A stretch of DNA of 64,000 nucleotides from Candidatus Blackburnbacteria bacterium (lineage in GTDB: Bacteria; Patescibacteriota; Microgenomatia; UBA8517; UBA10165): positions 41,178 to 105,177 of the forward strand of contig JACPEJ010000004.1 of NCBI GenBank assembly GCA_016183565.1. The letters are read 5' to 3'. The notes under the pieces are model-generated. The model saw only the letters and a list, made by a program, of their open reading frames with translations, had not been told where the DNA came from and ran no database searches. This document shows, piece after piece, positions 10,701-20,016 of this stretch. The position numbers and the translations under genes are program-made. How positions within the stretch are numbered: the stretch's first letter is position 1; every line of letters begins with the position of its first letter.

Positions 10701-10782
10701 GGATATCCCCCCTACAGGGATATATTCTACGGAAAATAGGTGGGTCTTGTCAATACAAACAAATTTGTATAATATATGGGGC
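10701..10782. promoter_or_regulatory. divergent promoter region with candidate CsoR operator
   Basis: GC-cored inverted repeat atatcccccctacagggatat; then ttgtca ... tataat-like hexamers ahead of the sigma gene. Confidence 0.4.
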
Positions 10783-11946
10783 ATGGCAGTAACAGTAGAA
10801 GCCCCGCGCGCCACTCGTGCCAGGCAAATAGAACTAGACACTATTATTACAGAAATCAAGGCATCTACACTCCAAGAGCGATCTTTAATTTGTACAAGAC
10901 TTGTAGAAGCAGACCGCCGCGCTCTCTATAAGACGAGGGGTGAACTTGTTGCTTTGTCTACAATAGCCGGGCGTGACTTTGAAGCTTATGTCCCCCCAAT
11001 CTTTGAACAGTCGGTTCAAGAAGCTGGTATACCTCTGGTGCCAGTTGCCATAGGTCGACGTAGTGACGGAACAGCATATACAGTCACTACATTGCCAGCA
11101 GTGGATATCAAGCACGCACAAGCTCGATTACTGGCTGACGAGCGCTTGCGGCCATTTCTCAAAAAAGAGGTTGAACCCACGCCGAAACAAGCGGTTGAGT
11201 CCACTGAGCAGGCAAAACCAGGAAGACGGAGTGGCACGACACAGATTACAAAGTCCAACGGAGTCGTCTTTGCAGGGTCAAATGGTTCAGTAACAAGTTA
11301 TGAGTGGACAAGCAAAAGACCTGAAAACATACCTGTTGTGGAAGTTACACCTGAAGTTATAGTTCGCGCACAAGCAGGAGACCATGAAGCATTTGAGGTA
11401 ATCTTCGATCGGTATCAAAGCGCTATCTACAATTACGCCTATCGGTTAACGGGAAATCGTGAAGATGCATTTGATTTAACACAAGACACATTTCTTAAGG
11501 TATACCAGGGTTTACCTAAAACCCAACTAGGGCTTCGGCTCAATAGCTGGTTGTACCGAATCGCAACAAACACTTGTTTAGATGAGTTAAGACATAGAAA
11601 GACTCTAAAAGGGAAGCCGTGGGAAGATTTTATGTCTGTTTTTCACTCCTCGCAGGTTAGCCGGGAGGATCCTGAGAGAAGTGTTTTGGATAAAGAAAAC
11701 CAGGAAGAAGTCCAACTTATTCTTAATCTCATGCATCCTAGACATAGAATGTGTCTTATTCTTCGCGAATACCACGGCTTGTCTTGCGACGAGATTGCAG
11801 AAGTTCTGGAGACCACTCGTACAGCAGTAAGGACTCTCTTTTTTAAGGCAAAAGCAAGGTTTAGAGAGATATATGCTCGTTCAAAAAGACAGCCCCAAAT
11901 TTTGCCCCAAAGACGGGTTTTGTATGCTGGTAACAGGGTTCGCTGA
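10783..11946 (+). CDS. ECF-type sigma-70 factor with a roughly 200-aa N-terminal extension
   Basis: C-terminal half has ECF region 2 (FEVIFDRYQSAIYNYAYRLTGNREDAFDLTQDTFLKVYQ) and region 4 (LREYHGLSCDEIAEVLETTRTAVRTLFFKAKARF); start moved to 10783 because the 10540 start overlaps csoR. Confidence 0.6.
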   Translation: MAVTVEAPRATRARQIELDTIITEIKASTLQERSLICTRLVEADRRALYKTRGELVALSTIAGRDFEAYVPPIFEQSVQEAGIPLVPVAIGRRSDGTAYTVTTLPAVDIKHAQARLLADERLRPFLKKEVEPTPKQAVESTEQAKPGRRSGTTQITKSNGVVFAGSNGSVTSYEWTSKRPENIPVVEVTPEVIVRAQAGDHEAFEVIFDRYQSAIYNYAYRLTGNREDAFDLTQDTFLKVYQGLPKTQLGLRLNSWLYRIATNTCLDELRHRKTLKGKPWEDFMSVFHSSQVSREDPERSVLDKENQEEVQLILNLMHPRHRMCLILREYHGLSCDEIAEVLETTRTAVRTLFFKAKARFREIYARSKRQPQILPQRRVLYAGNRVR

Positions 11947-11953
11947 CTAGTTA

Positions 11954-12610
11954 TCACTTCCCAACTATTTTTATTCTGCCGGGGGCAAAAGAGGCTTCTT
12001 GGCTTGTTGTGGATTTTATTTGGACTCGGTATTGGTTGTTTCCACTCCAAAGAGAAATGTTTCCAGAAGAAACTGTTGTGTAGTCTGAGGTTACTACTGA
12101 GACTTCGCTACCGGAGACTGCAATTCCATTTGTTACATCATAGAGACGTGCCCAGGCTTCGCCGTTTGCATTGCCAATTTTCAAAGAAGCTTCCCAAGAA
12201 ACGTTCAAGGACTTACCAAATTCAGAGGGGTCAATCCACATCTCCCCTCCTTTAATATCAGTCCAGTCAGTATTCTTTGTTGAGAAAGCACTTCCGACCG
12301 AGACAAAACTGGTCCGAGATGTTGTTCCAGTTGTTCCGGTTTGTGTTCCAGTGTTTGCGGTAGTTTTAGTAGAGGCAGACAAAGTAGCAACTGCTTGGGC
12401 AACTTCTTCCGCAATTATTTTTTTGCATTTTTCTCCACAAGTGTCAATACTAATCTGATTGGGAAAAGGTAAGAAACTGCTACTACCCTTGCTTTTAGAA
12501 ACCTCAAGCAAATTGCTATTTAGAATCCAGATATTAACAACAAGGAGAGAGACAAACAAAATTAAAAGAACCTTAATTCCTCTATCGTATTTCCAAAAAA
12601 GTTCGTGCAT
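11954..12610 (-). CDS. hypothetical secreted protein with N-terminal membrane anchor
   Basis: 218-aa ORF; hydrophobic N-terminus; Thr/Gly-rich linker; no known motif. Confidence 0.4.
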   Translation of the reverse strand: MHELFWKYDRGIKVLLILFVSLLVVNIWILNSNLLEVSKSKGSSSFLPFPNQISIDTCGEKCKKIIAEEVAQAVATLSASTKTTANTGTQTGTTGTTSRTSFVSVGSAFSTKNTDWTDIKGGEMWIDPSEFGKSLNVSWEASLKIGNANGEAWARLYDVTNGIAVSGSEVSVVTSDYTTVSSGNISLWSGNNQYRVQIKSTTSQEASFAPGRIKIVGK

Positions 12611-12615
12611 GGCGG

Positions 12616-14013
12616 TTAAACGTTTTGCGTTTTTCGTTTTACAGTAGGTCCCTCCGGTGTGTCCTCAATCTCGTACCCCCTCTCCTGAATTTTCTTTCGC
12701 AAGTTGTCTGCCTCATCCCACTTACCAACTTGTCTTAATCTTTCTCTTTCTTCTATCATATCCTGTACTACTTGTACTACTTGTTCCACTTCTACCCGTT
12801 TTCCCAGGCCCAGCCCCAAAACTTCATCAAATGATAAAATCAAATCAAGTTTATCTTGGGAGGGAATGTTGCTTTTTATTGCTTCCCAGAGGATGGCTAA
12901 AGCTTGGGGGGTACCAAGATCGTTGTTAATCACAGCGTAAAACCTATCACGGTAATCATCATATTTGTTTTCTTTTTCCTCTGAAAGAACAGTTCTACTT
13001 TTCTCCTGTTGTAGTCCTGCCTTGCCGGCAGGCAGGCCGTAGACCATAGTCTGTAGTCTCTCCAAAGCGCTTTGTGCCGCAGCTAAGGAATCCCAGGTAA
13101 AGTTTATTGGATCACGATAGTGTGCTGTTAAGAAAAGGTATCTTAAAGCTATTGGATCAAAGCCTTTGGCTTTAATATGACGAAGTGTATAAAAATTCCC
13201 AAGGGATTTGCTCATCTTTTTTCCATCAACCATAAGATGTGCATTGTGCACCCAGAAACGCGCAAATTTTTTACCGGTTGCGGCTTCTGATTGCGCAATT
13301 TCATCTTCATGGTGCGGGAAGATAAGGTCTACACCGCCAGCGTGCAGGTCCAAGGTTTCACCTAAAATATCCATACTCATGGCAGAACACTCAATATGCC
13401 AGCCTGGGCGGCCTTTGCCAAAAGGTGCATCCCAAGAGGGTTCATCCTCTTTAGGAGCTTTCCATAAAGCAAAGTCTTGTACATTTTCTTTTGTGTATTC
13501 ATCGGCCGCTACTCGGGCTCCGGGTTTTATTTCGCGTTGGTCGAGTTTAGACAATGTTCCATATTGAGGGAATTTTTCTATTGAGAAGTAAATTGTTTCG
13601 TCGGGAGCTTTATAGGCAACGCCTTTCTCAAGAAGTTTGTTTATTAAAGAAATCATTTGTGGGATATATTCTGTAGCTTTGGGGTAAAAGTTTGCGGGAA
13701 GAATTCCAAGCTTTTTAATATCAGCAAAAAACGCTTCTTCGTACTTTTTGGTAAATTCCCCAATTGTTGCCCCAGCTTCATTTGCTTTTTTTATTATCTT
13801 GTCTTCAATATTGGTAATATTCATAACATGCACTACATCAAAACCGTTTGTTTGTAACACCCTTTTTAGTATGTCATTAAAGACATATGCTCTTAGGTTT
13901 CCGATATGAACATAGTCGTGGACTGTAGGTCCGCAGGTATACATTCTTACTTTTGGGGGGTTAAGTGGGGTAAATTCTTCTTTTTTTGTGGTTAGGGTGT
14001 TGTATAAAAGCAT
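12616..14013 (-). CDS. cysS: cysteinyl-tRNA synthetase
   Basis: class I HIGH (HIGN) and KMSKS motifs; CysS-type N-terminus MLLYNTLTTKKEEF. Confidence 0.9.
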   Translation of the reverse strand: MLLYNTLTTKKEEFTPLNPPKVRMYTCGPTVHDYVHIGNLRAYVFNDILKRVLQTNGFDVVHVMNITNIEDKIIKKANEAGATIGEFTKKYEEAFFADIKKLGILPANFYPKATEYIPQMISLINKLLEKGVAYKAPDETIYFSIEKFPQYGTLSKLDQREIKPGARVAADEYTKENVQDFALWKAPKEDEPSWDAPFGKGRPGWHIECSAMSMDILGETLDLHAGGVDLIFPHHEDEIAQSEAATGKKFARFWVHNAHLMVDGKKMSKSLGNFYTLRHIKAKGFDPIALRYLFLTAHYRDPINFTWDSLAAAQSALERLQTMVYGLPAGKAGLQQEKSRTVLSEEKENKYDDYRDRFYAVINNDLGTPQALAILWEAIKSNIPSQDKLDLILSFDEVLGLGLGKRVEVEQVVQVVQDMIEERERLRQVGKWDEADNLRKKIQERGYEIEDTPEGPTVKRKTQNV

Positions 14014-14062
14014 TTCGAGTTCATATTTATTCTACCCCAGCCTCCCTGCAAACGCAAAGCCA

Positions 14063-14115
14063 CCCGATGTGCAAAGCTATTCCACTCCCGATGTGGAATA
14101 GGTTGACACGTCGGG
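14063..14115. repeat. nested-hairpin repeat element, copy A
   Basis: cccgatgtgcaaagctattccactcccgatgtggaataggttgacacgtcggg; related copies at 43334 and 50335. Confidence 0.7.
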
Positions 14116-14297
14116 GTAAACATCATCGCTGTGGCTGCTTCATGGCTTGGGTGGGCGCCTTTCTGGGCCGAGTCAATGCGGGCGATTCCCCTGCGGCCAG
14201 GCGACCAAGGCCAGTTGAGTACTAAAACTCGAACCCCTGTTTGGTGTAGGTGTTGACAGTTTCATGTCAACACACAAACACCAGGCGGGGGTGTTTT

Positions 14298-14723
14298 TTA
14301 CTGGGCGGGGTTTTTGCCAAGTTCTGTGTGGGTTTGCTTTCTTTTTAGGAATCCAGCGAATCCTCTTAACATTCCTTTTGGTCTTTTCCCTTGTGGTTCT
14401 TCTGGAGCAGGTTGTATCCGAGTCGCCTCTTCTTGTTTTTTCTGGGCATATTCCTCCTCTTGTCTACCAACTATTTCCTGTTTTTCCCTCTCTTCGGTTA
14501 TCTGAGAAACTTCTTCTCGGAGTTCGCGCAATCTAGCCCTTGACCTTGCTTCTGTGATTTCTTCTGGAATAGCTTGTTCTTTTACAGAGAGAGGTTGCTG
14601 GGCTTCCATGCTTGGTTTTACATTAGCTCCGCTTAGTTGCTCAGTAGCTGTTTTGACAATTTGCGAGGGCTCTTCAAATGGATTATATATCTTTGTTTTG
14701 GGTGATTTAGAAAAACTTTGCAT
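14298..14723 (-). CDS. hypothetical charged low-complexity protein
   Basis: 141-aa E/K/Q-rich ORF downstream of recR. Confidence 0.35.
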   Translation of the reverse strand: MQSFSKSPKTKIYNPFEEPSQIVKTATEQLSGANVKPSMEAQQPLSVKEQAIPEEITEARSRARLRELREEVSQITEEREKQEIVGRQEEEYAQKKQEEATRIQPAPEEPQGKRPKGMLRGFAGFLKRKQTHTELGKNPAQ

Positions 14724-14726
14724 TCT

Positions 14727-15344
14727 TTAAAACTCCCTTCTTCCTTCTATTGCATGCCGCAAAGTCATATCATCAGCATACTCTAAATCAGCTCCAGTTG
14801 GTACGCCAACTCCCAACCTTGTAATTTTGATACTCGATGTGCCATTTCCCAGATCTATTATCTGCCGTTTTATATACATAGCTGTTGCCTCGCCTTCCAT
14901 CGTCGGATTGGTTGCCAAAATTATCTCCTTCACCCTTTCCCCTTCACCCTTCACCCTTTCTGTAAGTTTTTTAATAAAAATCTCATCAGGCCCAATATTT
15001 TCCAAAGGATTTATCGCACCATGCAAAACATGATAAACCCCCTTATACCTTCCGGATCTTTCCATTGCTAATATATCTAAAGGCTGTTCTACTACCATAA
15101 TCGTACTTTTGTCTCTATTTCTGTCCTCGCAGATGTAGCAGGGGTCTGTTTCTCCAATGTTTTTACAAACAGAACACAAGACTGTGGATTTTTTTAAATT
15201 AACCAAAGCGTTAGCAAAAGATTCTAAATGCTCTTGGGGGACGTGCAATAAATAAAAAGTAAGCCTTTGTGCAGTTTTTGGTCCAACTCCAGGAAGTTTT
15301 TCAAACGCTTCGATTAGTCTTATTATAGCCCTTGGAATACGCAT
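14727..15344 (-). CDS. recR: recombination protein RecR
   Basis: C4 zinc finger (CSVCKNIGETDPCYIC), Toprim region; classic dnaX-ybaB-recR order. Confidence 0.9.
   Translation of the reverse strand: MRIPRAIIRLIEAFEKLPGVGPKTAQRLTFYLLHVPQEHLESFANALVNLKKSTVLCSVCKNIGETDPCYICEDRNRDKSTIMVVEQPLDILAMERSGRYKGVYHVLHGAINPLENIGPDEIFIKKLTERVKGEGERVKEIILATNPTMEGEATAMYIKRQIIDLGNGTSSIKITRLGVGVPTGADLEYADDMTLRHAIEGRREF
14926..14962. repeat. tandem heptamer (cttcacc)x3 repeat inside recR
   Basis: ccttcaccctttccccttcacccttcaccc; encodes in-frame KGEGERVKGEG. Confidence 0.6.
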
Positions 15345-15425
15345 GGTTTGTCTTGCTGATTATACCAAAAATTAGATTTAACAGCGCGGGGGTCTCTTTT
15401 CTTTTACAACCCAGTACAACCCAGT

Positions 15426-15454
15426 AGCCTCGCAAGGTCTCACCTTGCGAGGCT
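15426..15454. repeat. palindromic cgcaagg element, intergenic copy
   Basis: agcctcgcaaggtctcaccttgcgaggct. Confidence 0.65.
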
Positions 15455-15460
15455 AACGCC

Positions 15461-15487
15461 ACGAAAAATCCCCCTTCGCGGGGGATT
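15461..15487 (-). terminator. candidate intrinsic terminator after ybaB
   Basis: perfect GC stem aatccccc-ttcg-gggggatt followed by a T-run on the minus strand. Confidence 0.5.
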
Positions 15488-15511
15488 CTCCGAGATCCTG
15501 GTATTTGTCAG

Positions 15512-15799
15512 TTATTTCAACCCTCCAAGCAAACCGCCTAATCCGCCTCCCATTTCTTGCATTTTTCTTGCAACAGTTTTTTGGGTTTGTCCAAACGCTT
15601 TGTTTACTGCTTTTATAGCTCTTTCTTGGTTTTGTCCGTCAATTTGAAGCTCGCGTATTTTTAGATCTCCGGAGACAACAACCTTAATACCATCTTCTTC
15701 TACAGTAAGTCGTTCGCGCGATAATTCGTTTTGGATCTGGCGAAGTTTATTGAGAGCTTTTAGGCTGTCTGCGCCCTGGCGGAATTTATCAAAAACCAT
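15512..15799 (-). CDS. ybaB: nucleoid-associated protein YbaB/EbfC
   Basis: about 95 aa, between dnaX and recR; ends in the family's Gly-rich GGLGGLLGGLK tail. Confidence 0.75.
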   Translation of the reverse strand: MVFDKFRQGADSLKALNKLRQIQNELSRERLTVEEDGIKVVVSGDLKIRELQIDGQNQERAIKAVNKAFGQTQKTVARKMQEMGGGLGGLLGGLK

Positions 15800-15841
15800 T
15801 TTGGGTATTGTATCACTTACAAAAAAGACAAACAAGTTTTT

Positions 15842-17446
15842 CTAGTTGGGTAATTTCTTCTCCTCTTTCCCTCCAAAGATATCCTCTGCGACGCGGATGA
15901 TGTCTTCTTCGACTTCTTCAGTTAGGTTCGCAATATCTATGGCTCGTTTTTTTGAGGAAGATAAAAAGCAAACGATATGAATTTCTTTGCCAAAAACTTC
16001 TTGCGCGATTTTTTCAACCAGGCTACGATACGGGTCTTTTTCTATTCTTTCTTTGTGGAATTGGTAAAAAACTTCAAGCATTAAGTTGTTTCCATTAAGT
16101 CCTTGTGGTTTGGTTGCGCGCAGCAAGGCTTCAATCGAATGGTTTGTCTTTTTTGCCTGCTCCATAAGTTTTTTCCATTGTTCGTCGAGATTTAAAGTAG
16201 ACAGTGGAATTTTACCCCCTACGTCCTTCAAACTCTCTAAGGAGGGTGAGCTTGCCGACGAACGCTCGTCGCGATTGTCTGAGGCAGGCTCGAGCGGACG
16301 ACGTCGCCGCGCAGACGGCGCAGAGTCCCGAGAGCCAGTACCTTCTGAGGTAGCCGAGTTGAGCGACAAGTGAGTCGGTAACAAACCCTCCGACCCTCCG
16401 ACCCACTCAATCACAGCCATCTCCAAAGGCAGTTGTGGAATAACTGCAGAGGGTATGTCTAAAGCTGCTTTTGAGAAAAGTTCAATTGCAAATTTAACTT
16501 TTTCCACTCCTTCGAGGTCTTTTGCTTTCAGATCGTTCCTGCCGTCATTGGTAAATTCCGAAAGTAGAATATTTCTTAAAAGCCCGACTAGTTGGGATGT
16601 ATAAAGCCGGAGGTTAACTCCGTCTTTGACAATTATGTCTATTTCTTCTAAAGCTTCCTTTGTTTTTCCTTCACTCAGCGCGAGAAGGAGGTTCTCCGGG
16701 GTGCGGGAAACAGCAATGCTGTTTTTTACATCCTCCACTGTTATTTTCTTTTTTCCAAGAGATAATTGTTCTAAAATTTTATGTGCTTCTCTGAAACTTC
16801 CGTCAACTATTTTGACAATCTCGGATAGTGCATCATCGCTAACATTTATACCCTCACCTTCAACAACCTTTTTTAAAGAGGCAACAATCTCTAGAGAGTC
16901 AGCTTTCCTAAAGTTTATTATGGTACACCTGGAACGAATTGTGTCGGGAAGTTTTTCGGGGGCGGTTGTTGCAAGGATGAACAGGACGTGGTCAGGCGGT
17001 TCCTCTAGGGTTTTAAGAAGAGCGTTTGCGGCTTCTAGTGTTAACATGTGGGCTTCGTCGATGATGTAGACTTTTTTACTTGCCCCGGCTGGAGCAAGCT
17101 TTACTGCGTCACGCAGGGCTCGTACGTCATCAACCCCTCTGTGGCTTGCTGCGTCAATTTCCAGTACGTCCAGGCTTGCCCCACGAACGATTGCCTCACA
17201 CTGCGCACACTTGTTACAAGGCTCTATATTAGCGTTTTTCCCCTTTTCCCTTTTCCCTTTTCCTTCACAGTTGACGGCTTTCGCTAATATGCGAGCTGCT
17301 GAGGTTTTGCCACTACCCCTGGGGCCGGCAAAAAGAAAAGCATGGGGAATGTTACTACTACCAAGGATATTTTTTAGCTGTTCCCGGACTTCCGGAAGAT
17401 CAAGTTCTGAGATTGTTTTGGGACGGTATTTTAAATAAAAAGTCAT
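15842..17446 (-). CDS. dnaX: DNA polymerase III subunit gamma/tau
   Basis: Walker A GPRGSGKTSAARILAKAVNC; zinc module CNKCAQCEAI; AAA+ sensor motifs. Confidence 0.9.
   Translation of the reverse strand: MTFYLKYRPKTISELDLPEVREQLKNILGSSNIPHAFLFAGPRGSGKTSAARILAKAVNCEGKGKREKGKNANIEPCNKCAQCEAIVRGASLDVLEIDAASHRGVDDVRALRDAVKLAPAGASKKVYIIDEAHMLTLEAANALLKTLEEPPDHVLFILATTAPEKLPDTIRSRCTIINFRKADSLEIVASLKKVVEGEGINVSDDALSEIVKIVDGSFREAHKILEQLSLGKKKITVEDVKNSIAVSRTPENLLLALSEGKTKEALEEIDIIVKDGVNLRLYTSQLVGLLRNILLSEFTNDGRNDLKAKDLEGVEKVKFAIELFSKAALDIPSAVIPQLPLEMAVIEWVGGSEGLLPTHLSLNSATSEGTGSRDSAPSARRRRPLEPASDNRDERSSASSPSLESLKDVGGKIPLSTLNLDEQWKKLMEQAKKTNHSIEALLRATKPQGLNGNNLMLEVFYQFHKERIEKDPYRSLVEKIAQEVFGKEIHIVCFLSSSKKRAIDIANLTEEVEEDIIRVAEDIFGGKEEKKLPN
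17239..17265. repeat. tandem heptamer (ccctttt)x3 repeat inside dnaX
   Basis: ccccttttcccttttcccttttcc; encodes in-frame EGKGKREKGKN between the Walker A and zinc module. Confidence 0.6.
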
Positions 17447-17575
17447 TAGTTAAAATTTTCAATTTTTAATTTTTAATTTTCAATCAAATCTCAATGAACA
17501 AATTTTCAATGTTTTAAACATTTAAGAATTGGAAATTCATTGAAAATTGAGACTTGAAAATTGTAAATTTCCTAC
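17441..17575. repeat. AT-rich palindromic intergenic element (aattttcaat/attgaaaatt family)
   Basis: about 130 bp large imperfect inverted repeat built from aattttcaat units. Confidence 0.7.
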
Positions 17576-17958
17576 TCATGGTGTATTCCCAACAAATGCA
17601 TTACTCCGTGCTCGGCAAGTTCACCTAACACATCATCCATCATTTTGTTTTTCTTTATAGCAATTTTTCTTGCTTCAGGATAACATATTACAACATCTCC
17701 CAGGGGTAGTTTATCAGGTGGAACCACAAATTCCCCATCTTCCGATGCAGAGAAAGACAGGACCTCGTGAACTGGATCGCTTTTATTTTCCTTTAGATAC
17801 TTTTGTCCAAGTTCACGCATTTTCCGCTCGCCTACTAGAGCAATACTAACCTCTGCGTCTTTAACACCTCTTAAAGAGAGTACATCTTCAATTTTGTGTT
17901 TCAAGGCCTTTGTGTCTAAAGGATAACGTGACTGGCGAGTGATGAAAATGCGAAGCAT
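17572..17958 (-). CDS. ybeY: endoribonuclease YbeY (rRNA maturation)
   Basis: metal-binding motif HGVMHLLGIHHE near the C-terminus; 128 aa. Confidence 0.8.
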   Translation of the reverse strand: MLRIFITRQSRYPLDTKALKHKIEDVLSLRGVKDAEVSIALVGERKMRELGQKYLKENKSDPVHEVLSFSASEDGEFVVPPDKLPLGDVVICYPEARKIAIKKNKMMDDVLGELAEHGVMHLLGIHHE

Positions 17959-18001
17959 TTTTTTGAAATCTTAAATTCGAAATCCTAAATCCGAAACAAA
18001 T

Positions 18002-18445
18002 TCAACCATGTAGTTTTTCCCTCACGATTCTAGAAACCACATCGCCACTTGCAGCACCTTTAATTTTCCCCATCACAACTCCCATCACTTTTCCAAAATC
18101 CCCTGGACTTGAAGCGCCAGTTTCTGAGATCACCTGGTTAACAATATTTCCTATTTCTTCGTCTAACATCTGAGCAGGCAAAAATTCTTTTAAGATTTCC
18201 TCTTCTTTTGCTTCTTTTTGGGCCGCTTCTTCTCTGCCACCTTTTTTATAGGCCTCAGTTGCCTCTTCTCTTTGCTTTATCTGTCTTCTTACAATTGCCA
18301 ACTCTTCATCTTCTGTAAGACCCCGTTGTTTTGCTATTTCTTCGTTGTGGATTGCGCTTGAAAGAAGTCGTAGTGTTGAAACGCACAGTGTATCTCCGCT
18401 TTTTAGGGCATCTTGGATTTGAGTAGTAAGATTCTCTACTATCAT
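18002..18445 (-). CDS. GatB/YqeY-domain protein
   Basis: YqeY-like helical domain (NLTTQIQDALKSGD...LRLLSSAI...GKVMGVVMGKIKGAASGDVVSRIVREKL). Confidence 0.65.
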   Translation of the reverse strand: MIVENLTTQIQDALKSGDTLCVSTLRLLSSAIHNEEIAKQRGLTEDEELAIVRRQIKQREEATEAYKKGGREEAAQKEAKEEEILKEFLPAQMLDEEIGNIVNQVISETGASSPGDFGKVMGVVMGKIKGAASGDVVSRIVREKLHG

Positions 18446-18807
18446 GGAAACTCCTTTTTTACTTCCATTTCTGGTGTTTCTTGCCAACCACCAACTATGT
18501 GATAGTGAGTATGGAATACTGACTGTCCTGCAGCTTCACCTGATGCAGTGAGAACGCGAAAGGCGTCCCCGATATTTAGTTTTTTGGCAACTTGGGCTGC
18601 CACCAGTTGACACCTACCAAGAACCTCCACGTCATCTTCTGAGACCTCCACAAGCCGTGGAATGTGCTTTTTTGGAATTACAAGCACATGAATTGGAGCT
18701 TTAGGATTTATGTCGTGGAAAGCAAAAATTTCGTCATCTTCATACTCCTTTTTTGAAGGAATTTCTCCACTAGCAATTTTGCAAAAAACACAGTTTTGAG
18801 GTTCCAC
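18442..18807 (-). CDS. HIT-family (histidine triad) nucleotide hydrolase
   Basis: CVFCKI N-terminus and histidine triad HTHYHIVGG. Confidence 0.8.
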   Translation of the reverse strand: MEPQNCVFCKIASGEIPSKKEYEDDEIFAFHDINPKAPIHVLVIPKKHIPRLVEVSEDDVEVLGRCQLVAAQVAKKLNIGDAFRVLTASGEAAGQSVFHTHYHIVGGWQETPEMEVKKEFP

Positions 18808-18834
18808 GATACGGAAAGTATACCGCTACTGTGT

Positions 18835-19827
18835 TTAAGAGACAAGCTTTATGATAGCTCGGGCGAGTTTTTTGGGATCGTGGCGCAAAAACTCTCCTGT
18901 TCTTAAAAAATTGCCTTTTATCACCCTAACTCCATCTTGTTTGCTGTCTAGGTCGTTTTGTATTGGTTCTGAGGCAAATTTACTATACCAAGCTAGTGTT
19001 CTGACGCTATCGGGAAAGTCGTTATTTACAATAACGTAAGTAAGTTTGTCCGAGGCTTGGGCCATATAGTCCTTTGCTACACGTACAAAGTCTGAGGCCT
19101 TGAAATTATCTGTCTCCCCCGGCTTTGTCATGAGATTAACAATTAATGCTACTTTAGCTGGAGATTTTAATATTGCTTCAGGTACTCCTTGGACAAGCAG
19201 GTTGGGTACAATACTTGTATAAAGGTCGCCTGGCCCAACAACAATGAGATCAGCTGCCTCCAGAGCCTTTTTAGCACCGGGATAAATTGAAGCTTTTGGT
19301 TTCAGATAAACTTTTTTTATGGGGATGTCAGCGTCTTCCCCGCCATGCCAACGAAGGTCTATTTTTGTCTCGCCAATAATTTTCTTTCCGTTTTCAAGTA
19401 TTGCTATGAGAGTATTTGAATCCAAAGTAACAGGATAGACATAGCCTGAGACAGCAAGAATTTTGCCTGCTTCCTCAATTGCTAAATCAGCACGTCCAGT
19501 AATTTGTGTTAAAGCTGCAATAAGGAGATTGCCAACGGAGTGTCCTTTAAGAGTTTTGCCTTTGCTAAACCGGAAGTCGAAAAGCCGCTCAAGAGTTCTT
19601 TCGGCAAGGGGAAGGTTTGATAAAGCAATAAGTGCTCGTCTTATGTCTCCAGGAGGGAGAATGCCTAGTTCGCGCCTAAGTTTTCCTGTGGAGCCGCCTG
19701 AGTCGGACATTGCGACAATTGCAGAAAGTTGGACAGGATATTTTTTCAAACCCACCAGAACTTGATATGTCCCAGTCCCACCGCCGACAACAACTATCTT
19801 TTTGTTTTTCTTCTCTTGTTTCCCCAT
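18835..19827 (-). CDS. YvcK/CofD-family gluconeogenesis factor
   Basis: IVVVGGGTGTYQVLVGLK ... AIVAMSDSGGSTGKLRRELGILPPGDIRRAL matches the UPF0052/YvcK signature. Confidence 0.8.
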   Translation of the reverse strand: MGKQEKKNKKIVVVGGGTGTYQVLVGLKKYPVQLSAIVAMSDSGGSTGKLRRELGILPPGDIRRALIALSNLPLAERTLERLFDFRFSKGKTLKGHSVGNLLIAALTQITGRADLAIEEAGKILAVSGYVYPVTLDSNTLIAILENGKKIIGETKIDLRWHGGEDADIPIKKVYLKPKASIYPGAKKALEAADLIVVGPGDLYTSIVPNLLVQGVPEAILKSPAKVALIVNLMTKPGETDNFKASDFVRVAKDYMAQASDKLTYVIVNNDFPDSVRTLAWYSKFASEPIQNDLDSKQDGVRVIKGNFLRTGEFLRHDPKKLARAIIKLVS

Positions 19828-20016
19828 CCAGGTTGAACAATATTGTGCTCTTTTAGAACATTCCTTGTCAAACAGAAAATGCTTTGTAGGGCATGTTGCT
19901 TAAGGGTTGGAATTAATCTGCCGCCAAAACTTGTCTCGGATGCTCTGGGGTAGATATATCTTTCGTATATCGTCAACTTACTGTAGAATTATGACACTGT
20001 CTGTTAGTTACAAACA

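Noticed and set aside
10540-10782. 5' 80 codons of the 468-aa ORF as part of the ECF sigma factor
   Set aside because: This stretch overlaps csoR on the opposite strand and the csoR promoter/operator. An in-frame ATG at 10783 gives a non-overlapping gene.
14014-14297. T-box riboswitch upstream of cysS
   Set aside because: No AATTAGGGTGGNACCGCG-like T-box consensus and no specifier/antiterminator arrangement could be found on the relevant strand.
16230-16400. GC-rich patch inside dnaX as a foreign insertion
   Set aside because: It encodes the Ser/Arg/Pro-rich tau linker (SRDSAPSARRRRPLEPASDNRDERSSASSPS), a region that is naturally low-complexity and variable. No boundary repeats.
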